DNA from: an uncultured Myxococcia bacterium
GTDB lineage: Bacteria > CAZTWC01
Length of the DNA stretch: 64,000 nucleotides
Direction of reading: 5' to 3'
NCBI GenBank assembly: GCA_964617105.1
Contig: CAZTWC010000001.1
Coordinates: 1 to 64,000 of the forward strand
Shown in pieces: positions 20,168-29,705 of this stretch. The first letter of the stretch is position 1. The number at the start of each line of letters is the position of its first letter. A program made the position numbers and the translations under genes. The notes under the pieces are model-generated. The model did not search any database. It saw only the letters and a list, made by a program, of their open reading frames with translations, and was not told the origin of the DNA.

Positions 20168-21820
20168 CTAAAGACTACTGCAACTACAACCCTGGATAGC
20201 TGCGGGAATAGATGTGCCCTCTTTTTCTGAGGTTCCCGAATCCGATTCAGCGCCAGTAGAGATATCTTTCTTTTCCGATTCGTCATCTCCGTCACCGGCT
20301 GCACTACCATCACCGGCGTCAGGTTCCTGCCCGGAACAGGGCAAATCTTGCCCATCACAGTCCTGGTCTAGATTATCGCCGCAAATTTCAACCGCACCGG
20401 GATAAACAGTCGGATTCCCATCATCGCAGTCAACATCGGATAGATGGCCGTCTTGATCTAAATCCTCTTCCGCTTGCAAGCACTGCTCGTTGCTGGAAGG
20501 ATGTTTGATTATTTCAAAGGAATCAATCTCTTTTTGGTTTTTGGCATTGCAAGTGAAATTTTGACAGGCAGTACTCTTTACTTTGGCCTGTAACCGGTTT
20601 TTCTCCACATCAAAAAGCATATAATGGTGATAACCGCTACACTTCACGCTACCCTTGGCTCTGCCGCAGGCCAATTTTATCCCGGTTTCAGGATAAGTGT
20701 AAGCCCCGGCTCCTCCGGTGGTAACATAAAGAGTCCCCTGTTGATAGTCCTGTACCGGTATGCCATCCTTCAGATTGGAAAGATCGCCTTTCATGGGACG
20801 AAACCGTTCATACCAGTGGACATGGCTTTGAAGTACCAGGTCAACATGGTGCTTGTCGATTATTGGCAGCAGCCGCTGATTTTGTTCCTGCTCATTGGAC
20901 GGATGCCCCACATCCAAACCTAACACATTAAGGTAACTGGTATAAACCGGGTGGTGCATAAAAATAATTTTCCACTGTTTATCCTGGTGGGTGGTTAAAA
21001 CCCGGTCCAGCCATTCCGCCTGCTCTTTAAATCCATCTTCCTTAAAAGTCATGGTAGAGAAACTGATCAGCAGCAAGTTGTGATAGACCACATAATAGTA
21101 ATCTTCCACTTTGTGGGTGTTATGACGAGGATAGGTAACTACCTGATTGTAATGAGCGGTATCACCTTCTCCAGGGCCATCATCGTGATTGCCCATAGAT
21201 AGCAACTGAGGGATATAGGGCGCCGCCAACTCACAACTGATCAACCAGTTTTTCCACTCAATGGCATTATTGCCATCCCTTACCATATCACCATTGTTAA
21301 TAATAAACTCCGGCTTCTCATCCCAGGCTTCTTTCAGGATGGCCGGCCAATTTTTAGCCGGTCCCACTTTACTTTTTTGGGCCCGGGCATCACCCAAAGC
21401 CACAAAGCGGGTGGGCTTACAGGGATCCAGAGAAGCGGTTTTAAAGGTATAGATCTGGGAAAAATTACCGTCTTTTTCCCCCACCCGGTAATAGTAGAGT
21501 TGAGCAGGCATTAGATTTTCCAACTCTACGTGGTGAATATAGCCCAACTCCGGACCGCCATCTTGACTGCTGCCCTGAACCTGGGTAAAGGGTCCGCTCT
21601 GGTTGGTACTAAATTCAGCCATGGCGGTGGTTTTTTGGCCGGTGTTCCAGGTGATGGTCATGCTGGTGGTAGGATCGCCTACCCAACTTAACCGGACGCC
21701 AAAAGGGCTGGCCTGCACCGAGAGAGTAAACGCCAAATTAGACATCAGAATGATTATAATTGTGAATAATAAATTACCCTTGCAAAACAGGTATCTTCTT
21801 AACATAACCGTATACTCCAT
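20168..21820 (-). CDS. Secreted purple acid phosphatase-family metallophosphoesterase with MopE-like repeat and acidic tail
   Basis: FN3-like N-domain; LGD, GDMV, GNHD, HHP, SHVHWYER, TGGAG; DCDDGNPTVYPGAVEICGDNLDQDCDG. Confidence 0.88.
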   Translation of the reverse strand: MEYTVMLRRYLFCKGNLLFTIIIILMSNLAFTLSVQASPFGVRLSWVGDPTTSMTITWNTGQKTTAMAEFSTNQSGPFTQVQGSSQDGGPELGYIHHVELENLMPAQLYYYRVGEKDGNFSQIYTFKTASLDPCKPTRFVALGDARAQKSKVGPAKNWPAILKEAWDEKPEFIINNGDMVRDGNNAIEWKNWLISCELAAPYIPQLLSMGNHDDGPGEGDTAHYNQVVTYPRHNTHKVEDYYYVVYHNLLLISFSTMTFKEDGFKEQAEWLDRVLTTHQDKQWKIIFMHHPVYTSYLNVLGLDVGHPSNEQEQNQRLLPIIDKHHVDLVLQSHVHWYERFRPMKGDLSNLKDGIPVQDYQQGTLYVTTGGAGAYTYPETGIKLACGRAKGSVKCSGYHHYMLFDVEKNRLQAKVKSTACQNFTCNAKNQKEIDSFEIIKHPSSNEQCLQAEEDLDQDGHLSDVDCDDGNPTVYPGAVEICGDNLDQDCDGQDLPCSGQEPDAGDGSAAGDGDDESEKKDISTGAESDSGTSEKEGTSIPAAIQGCSCSSL

Positions 21821-21960
21821 TGTTAATCGGTTAGCATCATAGACAAATTGCGAAACATATTATATCATAACTTTTTGAAAAATTTAAGAATGAAAAAAAA
21901 TCCCGGGAGTTTAATGCCGGGTTGACAAAAGATGTAAGTATGAAGATTTGGAGGTGAACC

Positions 21961-23634
21961 ATAAAAAAACTGACCGGCAACCTGGGTGGTCTCAAAGCCA
22001 ACCAGTTAAAACAACTACAAAAACTATATAATCGTCGGGTTACATCCACGCAGATAATAAATTTGGAAATGGCGCGAGCCATGGTATCTATCTCCCTGGA
22101 TATAAACCGCCAGGTGGGGGTGTTAATCAACCGGCGGGGGAAAGTCCAATGGGTGATTGTTGGCGATTCAAACCAACTTTGGCTACCAGATATCGGTCGT
22201 GCCAGGGGGGGACAGGTAAGGTTAAGAGGTATCAGACTAGTCCATACCCACTTAAAAAATGAGCCTCTATGCCATGATGATCTGGCTGACCTGGCTCTTC
22301 TTCACCTGGATCTGGTGGCAGCCATAGGCACCCAAAGTAAAAGCGGCAAAGGAAGTCTGGGACCTATCTACTATTCTCACCTGATGCCTGATCAGCAGAA
22401 AGGATTAGTCAGTAACCTGGTGGGACCGCTCAACTTCTACGATTACCAACTACATTTTCTCAATTTTATCAAAGGGCTGGAAGAGGAAATAGCCCGAAAA
22501 GGGGGCGTACCCCAAGAAGTTGCTCTTCAAGAGCGGGCCATTTTGGTTAACCTGTATAGCAAAAACCGGCACACTGCCAAACAGGATATGGCTGAACTAG
22601 AAGAATTGGCCAGAAGCGCCGATGTGAAAGTAGTGACAACCATTTTACAGCATCGCCTTCATCCCGATTCCCGTTACCTGGTGGGTAAAGGAAAACTAGA
22701 GGAGTTGAGCCTTAAAAGCCTTCAACTGGGGGCCAGCCTGGTGATTTTTAACCAGGAATTATCCCCGATTCAATCCAGAGAAATATCCGCAAACCTGGAC
22801 ACTAAAGTTATCGACCGTACCCAACTAATTCTGGATATCTTTGCCCAACATGCCAAAAGCAAAGATGGAAAAATTCAGGTTGAACTGGCTCAGTTAAAAT
22901 ACAATTTGCCCCTGCTTTCTCAAAAAAATACCGGGCTAAGTAGGTTAACCGGCGAGATTGGTGGACGTGGACCTGGAGAAACCAAATTAGAAATAAACCG
23001 CCGGAGAGCCCGGCAACGCATCGCCATCCTAGAAAACAAAATCGCCCAGTTAAGCAAAAAACGGGGGATAATGAGAAGCCAGCGATTCAAAAACAAGTTG
23101 CCGGTGATAGCCATAGTGGGTTACACCAATGCGGGTAAATCAACCCTATTGAATACCTTAACCAACAGCCAGGTTGGAGTGAAGGACAAAATGTTCGCCA
23201 CCCTTGATCCCACCTCTCGCAGGTTGCGCTTCCCCAAACACGGAGAGGTTATTATAACTGACACGGTGGGATTTATTTCCGCTTTGCCGACCGATTTGAT
23301 AAATGCCTTTAAAGCAACTCTGGAAGAGTTAGAATATGCTGACCTGTTACTCCATGTAGTTGACAGGTCTGATCCGGTTTTCGAAAAAAAAATCACTACT
23401 GTAGAAAACTTACTACAGCAATTGAATCTAGCTCACATCCCTATTCTCCGCCTATTCAACAAAGTTGATCTATTACCAAACTTACAATACGGAGATGACA
23501 GCAATCAATTTGCCGCTATTCCCATTTCAGCCCGAAAACGGAAAGGATTAGAGCGCCTGGTGGAGCGGGTTATTCCTTATATCGAATGGCCGGATGGAAA
23601 AGAAGTGATAAAAGGATTTCGGATAAATCGGTGA
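21961..23634 (+). CDS. hflX: GTPase HflX, long form; predicted ATA start
   Basis: GPGETKLE, GYTNAGKST, FATLDPT, DTVGFI, NKVD; N-terminal extension IKKLTGNLGGLKANQ from 21961 after GGAGGT. Confidence 0.93.
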   Translation: MKKLTGNLGGLKANQLKQLQKLYNRRVTSTQIINLEMARAMVSISLDINRQVGVLINRRGKVQWVIVGDSNQLWLPDIGRARGGQVRLRGIRLVHTHLKNEPLCHDDLADLALLHLDLVAAIGTQSKSGKGSLGPIYYSHLMPDQQKGLVSNLVGPLNFYDYQLHFLNFIKGLEEEIARKGGVPQEVALQERAILVNLYSKNRHTAKQDMAELEELARSADVKVVTTILQHRLHPDSRYLVGKGKLEELSLKSLQLGASLVIFNQELSPIQSREISANLDTKVIDRTQLILDIFAQHAKSKDGKIQVELAQLKYNLPLLSQKNTGLSRLTGEIGGRGPGETKLEINRRRARQRIAILENKIAQLSKKRGIMRSQRFKNKLPVIAIVGYTNAGKSTLLNTLTNSQVGVKDKMFATLDPTSRRLRFPKHGEVIITDTVGFISALPTDLINAFKATLEELEYADLLLHVVDRSDPVFEKKITTVENLLQQLNLAHIPILRLFNKVDLLPNLQYGDDSNQFAAIPISARKRKGLERLVERVIPYIEWPDGKEVIKGFRINR

Positions 23635-23768
23635 AATTTTAACTCAATTATCAGAAACGATTGACTTTCAACCAATCTGTGGTAGTGTTCTAAAGTTAAG
23701 ATTTTTTTTGCAAAATTAATAGTCTTTGGATCAGCACCGCATCTAAACAATCACTTCGGAGCACTACC

Positions 23769-25766
23769 ATGCTTAAAATCATTATCACCACAATTATTTC
23801 CTCTGTTCTCCTATTTAGTCAGGTCTGTTGGGCTCAAAGCACCAGTATAAAATCGATAAATTTCAGCCCTCACAATTCGGTAAACCAGGAAGGACAATTG
23901 AGCGGCACGGTGACTCTTAGTTCTCAGGTAATTGGAAAATATTACCTGACCATAGACTCCAACAGCCAAGATGAGGACCAGGTAGCCTCAGGGAATTTTC
24001 AAGGCAATAGTTTTACTTTCAACCTGTCGGGCAGCACCATCGAAAGTTTTATCTCTTCTGGTGACACCCAGGGTGAATCCAATTCCATATCCCATAGATT
24101 AGGCGTTTATGTGGAGGTAACCACCGGCTTTTCCGGCAATACGGGAACAGATGCTCAGGGTCAGCCAGCCGGCGGCGGTTCCGGTTCTAACAATTCACCC
24201 ATCAGCCAGACTGTAGAATTTTATTTTGACAATACACCTCCGGGGATAGCAGAAAATTTGTCAACCGCTGGCGGAGATAAATTACTAACCCTCTCCTGGG
24301 AGCATTCCGGTCAGGATATGGCTGGTGATAATGAAACCAACAAAAATTATTTTAGCTATATTATCTGCTACCGGGAAAAAACCGCTGACGATGAGAAAAA
24401 CGATGCTGCGGCACCCACGGCTTTAAATCAAGACGGCAACACGGAGTATAAAAGCGCTGATCCAGAAGTTGAGTGTGAAGGGATGAGCAAGGTAAACAGC
24501 AGTAATGCCCGGGCGACTATATTTCCTCTCACTAACGACAAGTCCTACCGGCTGCTGGTATTGACCAAAGATGCTGCCGGCAATATCGGATATTCCTCAA
24601 AACCAATTTATGGCACCCCCATTCCCAGTGATGATTTTTTTGAACACTATAAAAATGCCGGCGGTGGAGAGGAGGGTGGATTCTGTTTTGTTGCCACCTC
24701 TATATATGGCAATTATGATCACCCCCAGGTCAAGATTTTACGCCAATTTCGCGATCAACTTTTAAAACCAACCTTTGCCGGCCAACTATTTATTAAAACC
24801 TATTATAAAATAGGTCCATTTTTGGCCTCCTGGCTGGACAGTTTTCCCCGTCTCAAAACAACAGCCAAACCGTTGATGGCTCCTGTAGTAGGCCTATCCT
24901 GGCTACTGGTAAAAACTGCACCTCTGCTTGACTATCTAGCCTGGACCATACTGTTATCTTTCCTGGCTTTTGTCCTTTTCTCTTCTAGAAATTGGCAAAA
25001 ATTATTCTCCCGCATAATGCTGGTTTTTCTGGCTCTTGGTGTGATGATGACAATAAATTCCAGGCCGGCAGAAGCCTACCTGATAAATTCTCCCAAAAAT
25101 TTTACCTTTGAGTTAAAATTTGGCTACTATCAGCCATCTATTGATAGTGATAGTTCTCTGGGGAAAAAAACGGGAAAAAAATCAACCTCCCCTTTTCAGG
25201 ATATTTTTGGCAACAAATCCAATCTCCTGATGCAGGTAGAATTAGATTGGGAGTTATTACAGGAATACGGAACTTTGGCTATTGGCGGCAGCGGCGGATT
25301 CGCCCAGGCAGTGGGTAAAGCTGTGCGCTACCAGAACCAGGTACAAGTGGCTGCCCCTGATACCACTGTTTTTAATATTGTTCCCACTTCCATGAATCTG
25401 GTTTACCGTTTTGATATCTTACAAAACTATTACAATTTCCCCTTGGTCCCCTATGGAAAAGTGGGATTTTCCTGTTATTTCTGGTGGATTACCAATGGTG
25501 TAGGTGAAATATCTGAGTTCAAAGATAACGATAAAACCTACAAGGCCTCTGGCAGCACTTACGGATTTCACTATTCGGCTGGCCTCCAATTTCTGCTGGA
25601 TGTGCTCGAGCCTTCGGCTGCCAAAGGGTTTGACGTAGATTTCGGCGTTAATCATACTTATATTTTCGCTGAATATCAAGTGGCCACTGTAGATGACTTT
25701 GGAGATGAAAATAGTTTTAATCTTTCTGATAAGACTTTTGCTTTTGGCATAATGTTTGAATTTTAA
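23769..25766 (+). CDS. FN3-like plus CFI-box-CTERM-like region fused to an outer-membrane beta-barrel (MXAN_2562-like)
   Basis: Signal peptide; DNTPP..DAAGN; DDFFEHYKNAGG.E.GGFCFVATSIYG...LRQFRD...YY; TM helices; barrel ending FAFGIMFEF. Confidence 0.7.
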   Translation: MLKIIITTIISSVLLFSQVCWAQSTSIKSINFSPHNSVNQEGQLSGTVTLSSQVIGKYYLTIDSNSQDEDQVASGNFQGNSFTFNLSGSTIESFISSGDTQGESNSISHRLGVYVEVTTGFSGNTGTDAQGQPAGGGSGSNNSPISQTVEFYFDNTPPGIAENLSTAGGDKLLTLSWEHSGQDMAGDNETNKNYFSYIICYREKTADDEKNDAAAPTALNQDGNTEYKSADPEVECEGMSKVNSSNARATIFPLTNDKSYRLLVLTKDAAGNIGYSSKPIYGTPIPSDDFFEHYKNAGGGEEGGFCFVATSIYGNYDHPQVKILRQFRDQLLKPTFAGQLFIKTYYKIGPFLASWLDSFPRLKTTAKPLMAPVVGLSWLLVKTAPLLDYLAWTILLSFLAFVLFSSRNWQKLFSRIMLVFLALGVMMTINSRPAEAYLINSPKNFTFELKFGYYQPSIDSDSSLGKKTGKKSTSPFQDIFGNKSNLLMQVELDWELLQEYGTLAIGGSGGFAQAVGKAVRYQNQVQVAAPDTTVFNIVPTSMNLVYRFDILQNYYNFPLVPYGKVGFSCYFWWITNGVGEISEFKDNDKTYKASGSTYGFHYSAGLQFLLDVLEPSAAKGFDVDFGVNHTYIFAEYQVATVDDFGDENSFNLSDKTFAFGIMFEF

Positions 25767-26506
25767 TGCGCAATATTTGTCTGACTATCGCTTACCGGGG
25801 AACCAATTTCTGCGGTTGGCAAATTCAGCCCCAGGTGCCGACCATTCAAGATGAGATGCAAACAGCACTTTCACGAATGACCAAAGATAAAATTCGGCTA
25901 CAGGGCGCCAGTCGTACCGACAGCGGAGTTCATGCCCGAGGTCAGGTGGCGAATTTTTTTACCCAAAAAGATTCGATCCCTATCAAAGCTTTTGTCAGAG
26001 GGCTAAATACTATGTTGCCTGACGATATAGTGGTTCGTAATGCAAAGTTAGTAGATTTTGAATTTCACAGTAAACGACACTCAAAAAAAAAGATCTACAC
26101 CTACCATCTATCTTGGGCCTCAACTCCTTCCCCCTTTAGCCATGATTACCACTGGAGGATACAGTCTCCTTTGAATGTCGAGGCCATGCAGGAGGCAACT
26201 CTTTGCCTGGTGGGGAAACATGATTTCAACGCTTTTAGAGCACTTAACTGTGGCGCCAAACACGCAGTCCGGCAAATATACTGGCTCTCCGTCAGAGAAC
26301 AAAAAGAGGATAGATTGGAGATTGAAATTTGCGGTAACGCCTTTGCCAAAAACATGGTTAGAATAATGGTAGGAACTCTGGTGGAATTGGGACAGGGGAA
26401 AATCGACAAAAAACAACTACAGGCTATATTGGCAAGTAGAGACAGAAAACTGGCCGGAATTACCGCCCCGGCAAAGGGATTATTTTTAGAAACGGTGTTC
26501 TATTAA
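25766..26506 (+). CDS. truA: tRNA pseudouridine(38-40) synthase
   Basis: GWQIQP, ASRTDSGVHARGQV, GKHDF, MVRIMVG, TAPAKGLFL. Confidence 0.96.
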   Translation: MRNICLTIAYRGTNFCGWQIQPQVPTIQDEMQTALSRMTKDKIRLQGASRTDSGVHARGQVANFFTQKDSIPIKAFVRGLNTMLPDDIVVRNAKLVDFEFHSKRHSKKKIYTYHLSWASTPSPFSHDYHWRIQSPLNVEAMQEATLCLVGKHDFNAFRALNCGAKHAVRQIYWLSVREQKEDRLEIEICGNAFAKNMVRIMVGTLVELGQGKIDKKQLQAILASRDRKLAGITAPAKGLFLETVFY

Positions 26507-26571
26507 TTGGTTGGCAAATTGTCTACCGACTTCTCAATAGATTATAATATATCGAAAATATTTTATTACCA

Positions 26572-27366
26572 ATGAAGCAAAAGATAGAGATAATCGAGTC
26601 ATTGTTTACTACAATAAAGGTAATTGTTGCCACCGGCGTTCTCTCTTCAGTAGCCATTTTTTCCATTTTGATACTACGCTCCCAGAAACGTTTTTTTAAA
26701 GTACAGCACTTTTGGGGAGAATTTTTGTGCCTTCTGGCCAAAATCAAAGTAGAAGTAGTGAATAGAGACCAGGTGGATTGGTCCAAACCCTATATTATTA
26801 TGAGCAACCACCAGAGCCTGATGGATATTCCCATACTTTACCAATCTTTTCCAGTATCCGTGACCTCTCTGACCAAGAAAAGACTAAAACACATTCCTAT
26901 TTTCGGTTGGTGCATGAATATGGGCGGCTATGTTTTTATCGATCGGAAAAAAAGAGAAAGCGCTATTGAATCTTTACGCCGAGCCGGTCAAAAAGTGTTG
27001 GCCGGACAAAATATACTTGTTTTTCCTGAAGGAACCAGAAATGCCACGCCTCCTGAAATACTGCCCTTTAAAAAGGGGGGATTTATCATGGCCATCACCT
27101 GTGGGATACCTATATTACCGGTGGTGATAAAGGGAATGGAAAAAATTCTTCCTAAAGGTTGTTATGGGATCCGTGCTGGTTTGGTAACCGTCCAATTCGG
27201 CCAGGAGATATCCACCGATAAATACAGTATTGAAGAGCGGGATCAATTGATGGACAGCCTGCAGAAAGAGATGTCCGCTTTGCTTGGTATAAAAAAAAAG
27301 TATAGAGAAAAGCATAGAGGAAACTTTATGCGAAAGGAAATAAATCTTGGACACTTACCTCTATAA
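26572..27366 (+). CDS. plsC: 1-acyl-sn-glycerol-3-phosphate acyltransferase
   Basis: NHQSLMD, FIDR, FPEGTR, PFKKG. Confidence 0.88.
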   Translation: MKQKIEIIESLFTTIKVIVATGVLSSVAIFSILILRSQKRFFKVQHFWGEFLCLLAKIKVEVVNRDQVDWSKPYIIMSNHQSLMDIPILYQSFPVSVTSLTKKRLKHIPIFGWCMNMGGYVFIDRKKRESAIESLRRAGQKVLAGQNILVFPEGTRNATPPEILPFKKGGFIMAITCGIPILPVVIKGMEKILPKGCYGIRAGLVTVQFGQEISTDKYSIEERDQLMDSLQKEMSALLGIKKKYREKHRGNFMRKEINLGHLPL

Positions 27367-27529
27367 TTATATTGTTGGGGCGCTGTTTTTTTGCTTTGGC
27401 CTTTTTATCGCTTTTAAACAAGGGGATATTGGTTTCAAACCAGGCCAGCAAAGAAATAATTTATTCATCCTGATAGCAGGGTTGCTCTTTTTCATGCTGC
27501 TACAGGGCTATTTTCAGTTTTTTTCTTAG
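27347..27529 (+). CDS. Small two-TM membrane protein upstream of the SSS symporter
   Basis: 60 aa, two hydrophobic helices, ends 3 bp before the symporter start. Confidence 0.65.
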   Translation: MDTYLYNYIVGALFFCFGLFIAFKQGDIGFKPGQQRNNLFILIAGLLFFMLLQGYFQFFS

Positions 27530-27532
27530 ATT

Positions 27533-29407
27533 ATGATCGGTACCAATTTAGATTACGCTATTATTATTGCTTATTTTATCACCATCTTGGGATTTGGTTC
27601 TCTTTTTGGCCGCTTTACCCGTTCCACCTCCGACTTTTTTTTCAGTGGTCAACGTTTCACCTGGTGGTTAATTGCCTTTTCAAACGTGGCCACGGTAGTG
27701 GGCTCTTATAGTTTTGTTAAGTATTCGGCAGCCGCCTATAGTTTTGGTTTTTCCTCCACTCAATCTTATCTTAACGACTGGTTTTGGATGCCACTTTTCA
27801 TTTTTGGCTGGTTACCAATAATCTATTATTCCAAAATCAAGTCGATTCCAGAATATTTCCAGCGGCGCTTTAACAAAAATTGCCGGATTATCGTCACTAT
27901 TTTATTATTATCCTACATGATCGGGTATATTGGCATAAATTTCTATACTTTAGGAGTGGCCCTCAATAAACTTTTAGGTTGGGACGTATTCACCGCATCG
28001 GTAATTATAGCCGCCATTTCAGCGGTTTATGTTACCGCCGGCGGGCAGACCTCGGTAATCATGACCGACCTTTTACAGGCTTTTTTGCTGTTGGTAGCCG
28101 GCTTTGTCCTCTTTGGGTTAGGAATCTACTATTTAGGCGGCTTTGATTACTTTTGGAGCGGCTTGCCCGCTGGACACAAGACTGCCTTCGCCCAGTTCAA
28201 CCAACCGACGCAGTTCAATTTTATCGGCGTCTTCTGGCAAGATACCGCCAATACCGTGGCTTTTTACTTTTTAAACCAGGGGATAATCATGCGCTTCCTG
28301 TCGGCCAGGAGCGTTAAAGACGGCAAAAAAGCGGCTATCGTTACCGTGTTAATCCTGATGCCTATCTCCGCTATTGCAGTAGCTAACGCCGGCTGGCTGG
28401 GAAAGGCCATGGAAACCCATAATCTGCTTCCCCCTGGAACCACTGCTCAGGATATTTTTGTGGTAGTAGCCAATATCCTCTGCAAACCGGGGGTTTTCGG
28501 TCTGGTGATGGCCGCCCTCACTGCGGCCTTGATGTCAACTGCTGACACCCTGATCAATGCGGTTGCCGCCATCACAGTTAACGATGTGGTCAAACCTTAT
28601 ATTAAAAAGGATGGCAGTGACAAATACTATCTGAGGCTGGCCAGGATTGCTTCAATTGTGACGGCTATCATCGGCATCGCTCTGGTACCGGTGTATATGA
28701 GTTTCGGCTCTATTTATGAGGCTCATGGCACTTTTACTGCTGCGGTAACGCCACCCATGGTAGTAGCCTTGCTCCTGGGGGCCTTCTGGCGTCGCTATAC
28801 CGCCCGGGCTGCCTTTTGGACCATGGCGGGAGGTATGATAGCTATAATAATATCGGTGATTTTTCCTCAAGTTATGACCCTGTTTGCCCATGGTACCGAT
28901 ATGGGAGGCGACAGTGGCGCCAATGCCTACAAATATATCCGGGCTTTTTGGGGACTTTTAGCCAGCGGCGCTATTGGGGTTGGAGTTACTTTACTGGCCC
29001 CTGGTCCCCAAAAGGGAACGAATAGTATGAGCGGCCTGGTTTGGGGAACGGTAAAAGAGAGTATGTTAGCCTATAAAGGCCGGGCCCCTAACCTTGTACC
29101 TGGCAAAAAACTTCTTTTACAAGTGGAATTTTATTCTGACCTTACTTCTGCAGAAGATGGGGCTAAAGAAGAAACCAAGATTGCTATCTACCTCTCACCT
29201 CAGGATATGGATGAAATGGCGGCCTCAGAAGGCGATCTGGGCTTTATCTCCAATAAAAACCTGATTTGGGGCGGGCTACGCTCTACTCATGTTGAATTGA
29301 AAATAAATGCTCAAAGCAAACCGGGTAATGTCCAAATACCATCAAAATTAGGCCCGGTTTTAAATGTTAAACCGGGAGATAAGGCTTGGACAGAAATGTT
29401 ATTTTAA
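27533..29407 (+). CDS. Sodium:solute symporter family protein
   Basis: Many TM helices; SIPEYFQRRF, YVTAGGQTSVIMTDLLQ, AALMST. Confidence 0.92.
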   Translation: MIGTNLDYAIIIAYFITILGFGSLFGRFTRSTSDFFFSGQRFTWWLIAFSNVATVVGSYSFVKYSAAAYSFGFSSTQSYLNDWFWMPLFIFGWLPIIYYSKIKSIPEYFQRRFNKNCRIIVTILLLSYMIGYIGINFYTLGVALNKLLGWDVFTASVIIAAISAVYVTAGGQTSVIMTDLLQAFLLLVAGFVLFGLGIYYLGGFDYFWSGLPAGHKTAFAQFNQPTQFNFIGVFWQDTANTVAFYFLNQGIIMRFLSARSVKDGKKAAIVTVLILMPISAIAVANAGWLGKAMETHNLLPPGTTAQDIFVVVANILCKPGVFGLVMAALTAALMSTADTLINAVAAITVNDVVKPYIKKDGSDKYYLRLARIASIVTAIIGIALVPVYMSFGSIYEAHGTFTAAVTPPMVVALLLGAFWRRYTARAAFWTMAGGMIAIIISVIFPQVMTLFAHGTDMGGDSGANAYKYIRAFWGLLASGAIGVGVTLLAPGPQKGTNSMSGLVWGTVKESMLAYKGRAPNLVPGKKLLLQVEFYSDLTSAEDGAKEETKIAIYLSPQDMDEMAASEGDLGFISNKNLIWGGLRSTHVELKINAQSKPGNVQIPSKLGPVLNVKPGDKAWTEMLF

Positions 29408-29416
29408 CTCTGTTTG

Positions 29417-29575
29417 TTACGGCAACATCTCCACAAAGGCCTCCAACCGGGTTTTCAATTGCCCCTCGGAAAAGTTGCGCTGATCTATACAGTCCACTTC
29501 CAAATTAAGTACCACAGATATCAGGGGCGTATATGAGCACAGATAGCCGATATAATTTGCCCGATTGTTGCTCAT
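29417..29575 (-). pseudogene. Internally deleted 2-hydroxyacyl-CoA dehydratase (HgdAB/BcrBC family) remnant, 52 aa
   Basis: Hand translation MSNNRANYIGYLCSYTP-LISV-VLNLEVDCIDQRNFSEGQLKTRLEAFVEMLP; GGAG RBS; family N-terminal and C-terminal signatures abut. Confidence 0.75.
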
Positions 29576-29705
29576 CAAAGTCTCCAGACGGTATTTTAAT
29601 AAAAGTTGATATTAATAAATTATCGCACACATCATTGCTTTTTTTCAAGAACTTGATAAAATAAATCTTCTAAGTAACAACAGGACGAGATAAGGAGTAG
29701 GTACC

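Noticed and set aside
29580-29705. SAH/SAM riboswitch upstream of ahcY
   Set aside because: AT-rich with no recognisable aptamer stems
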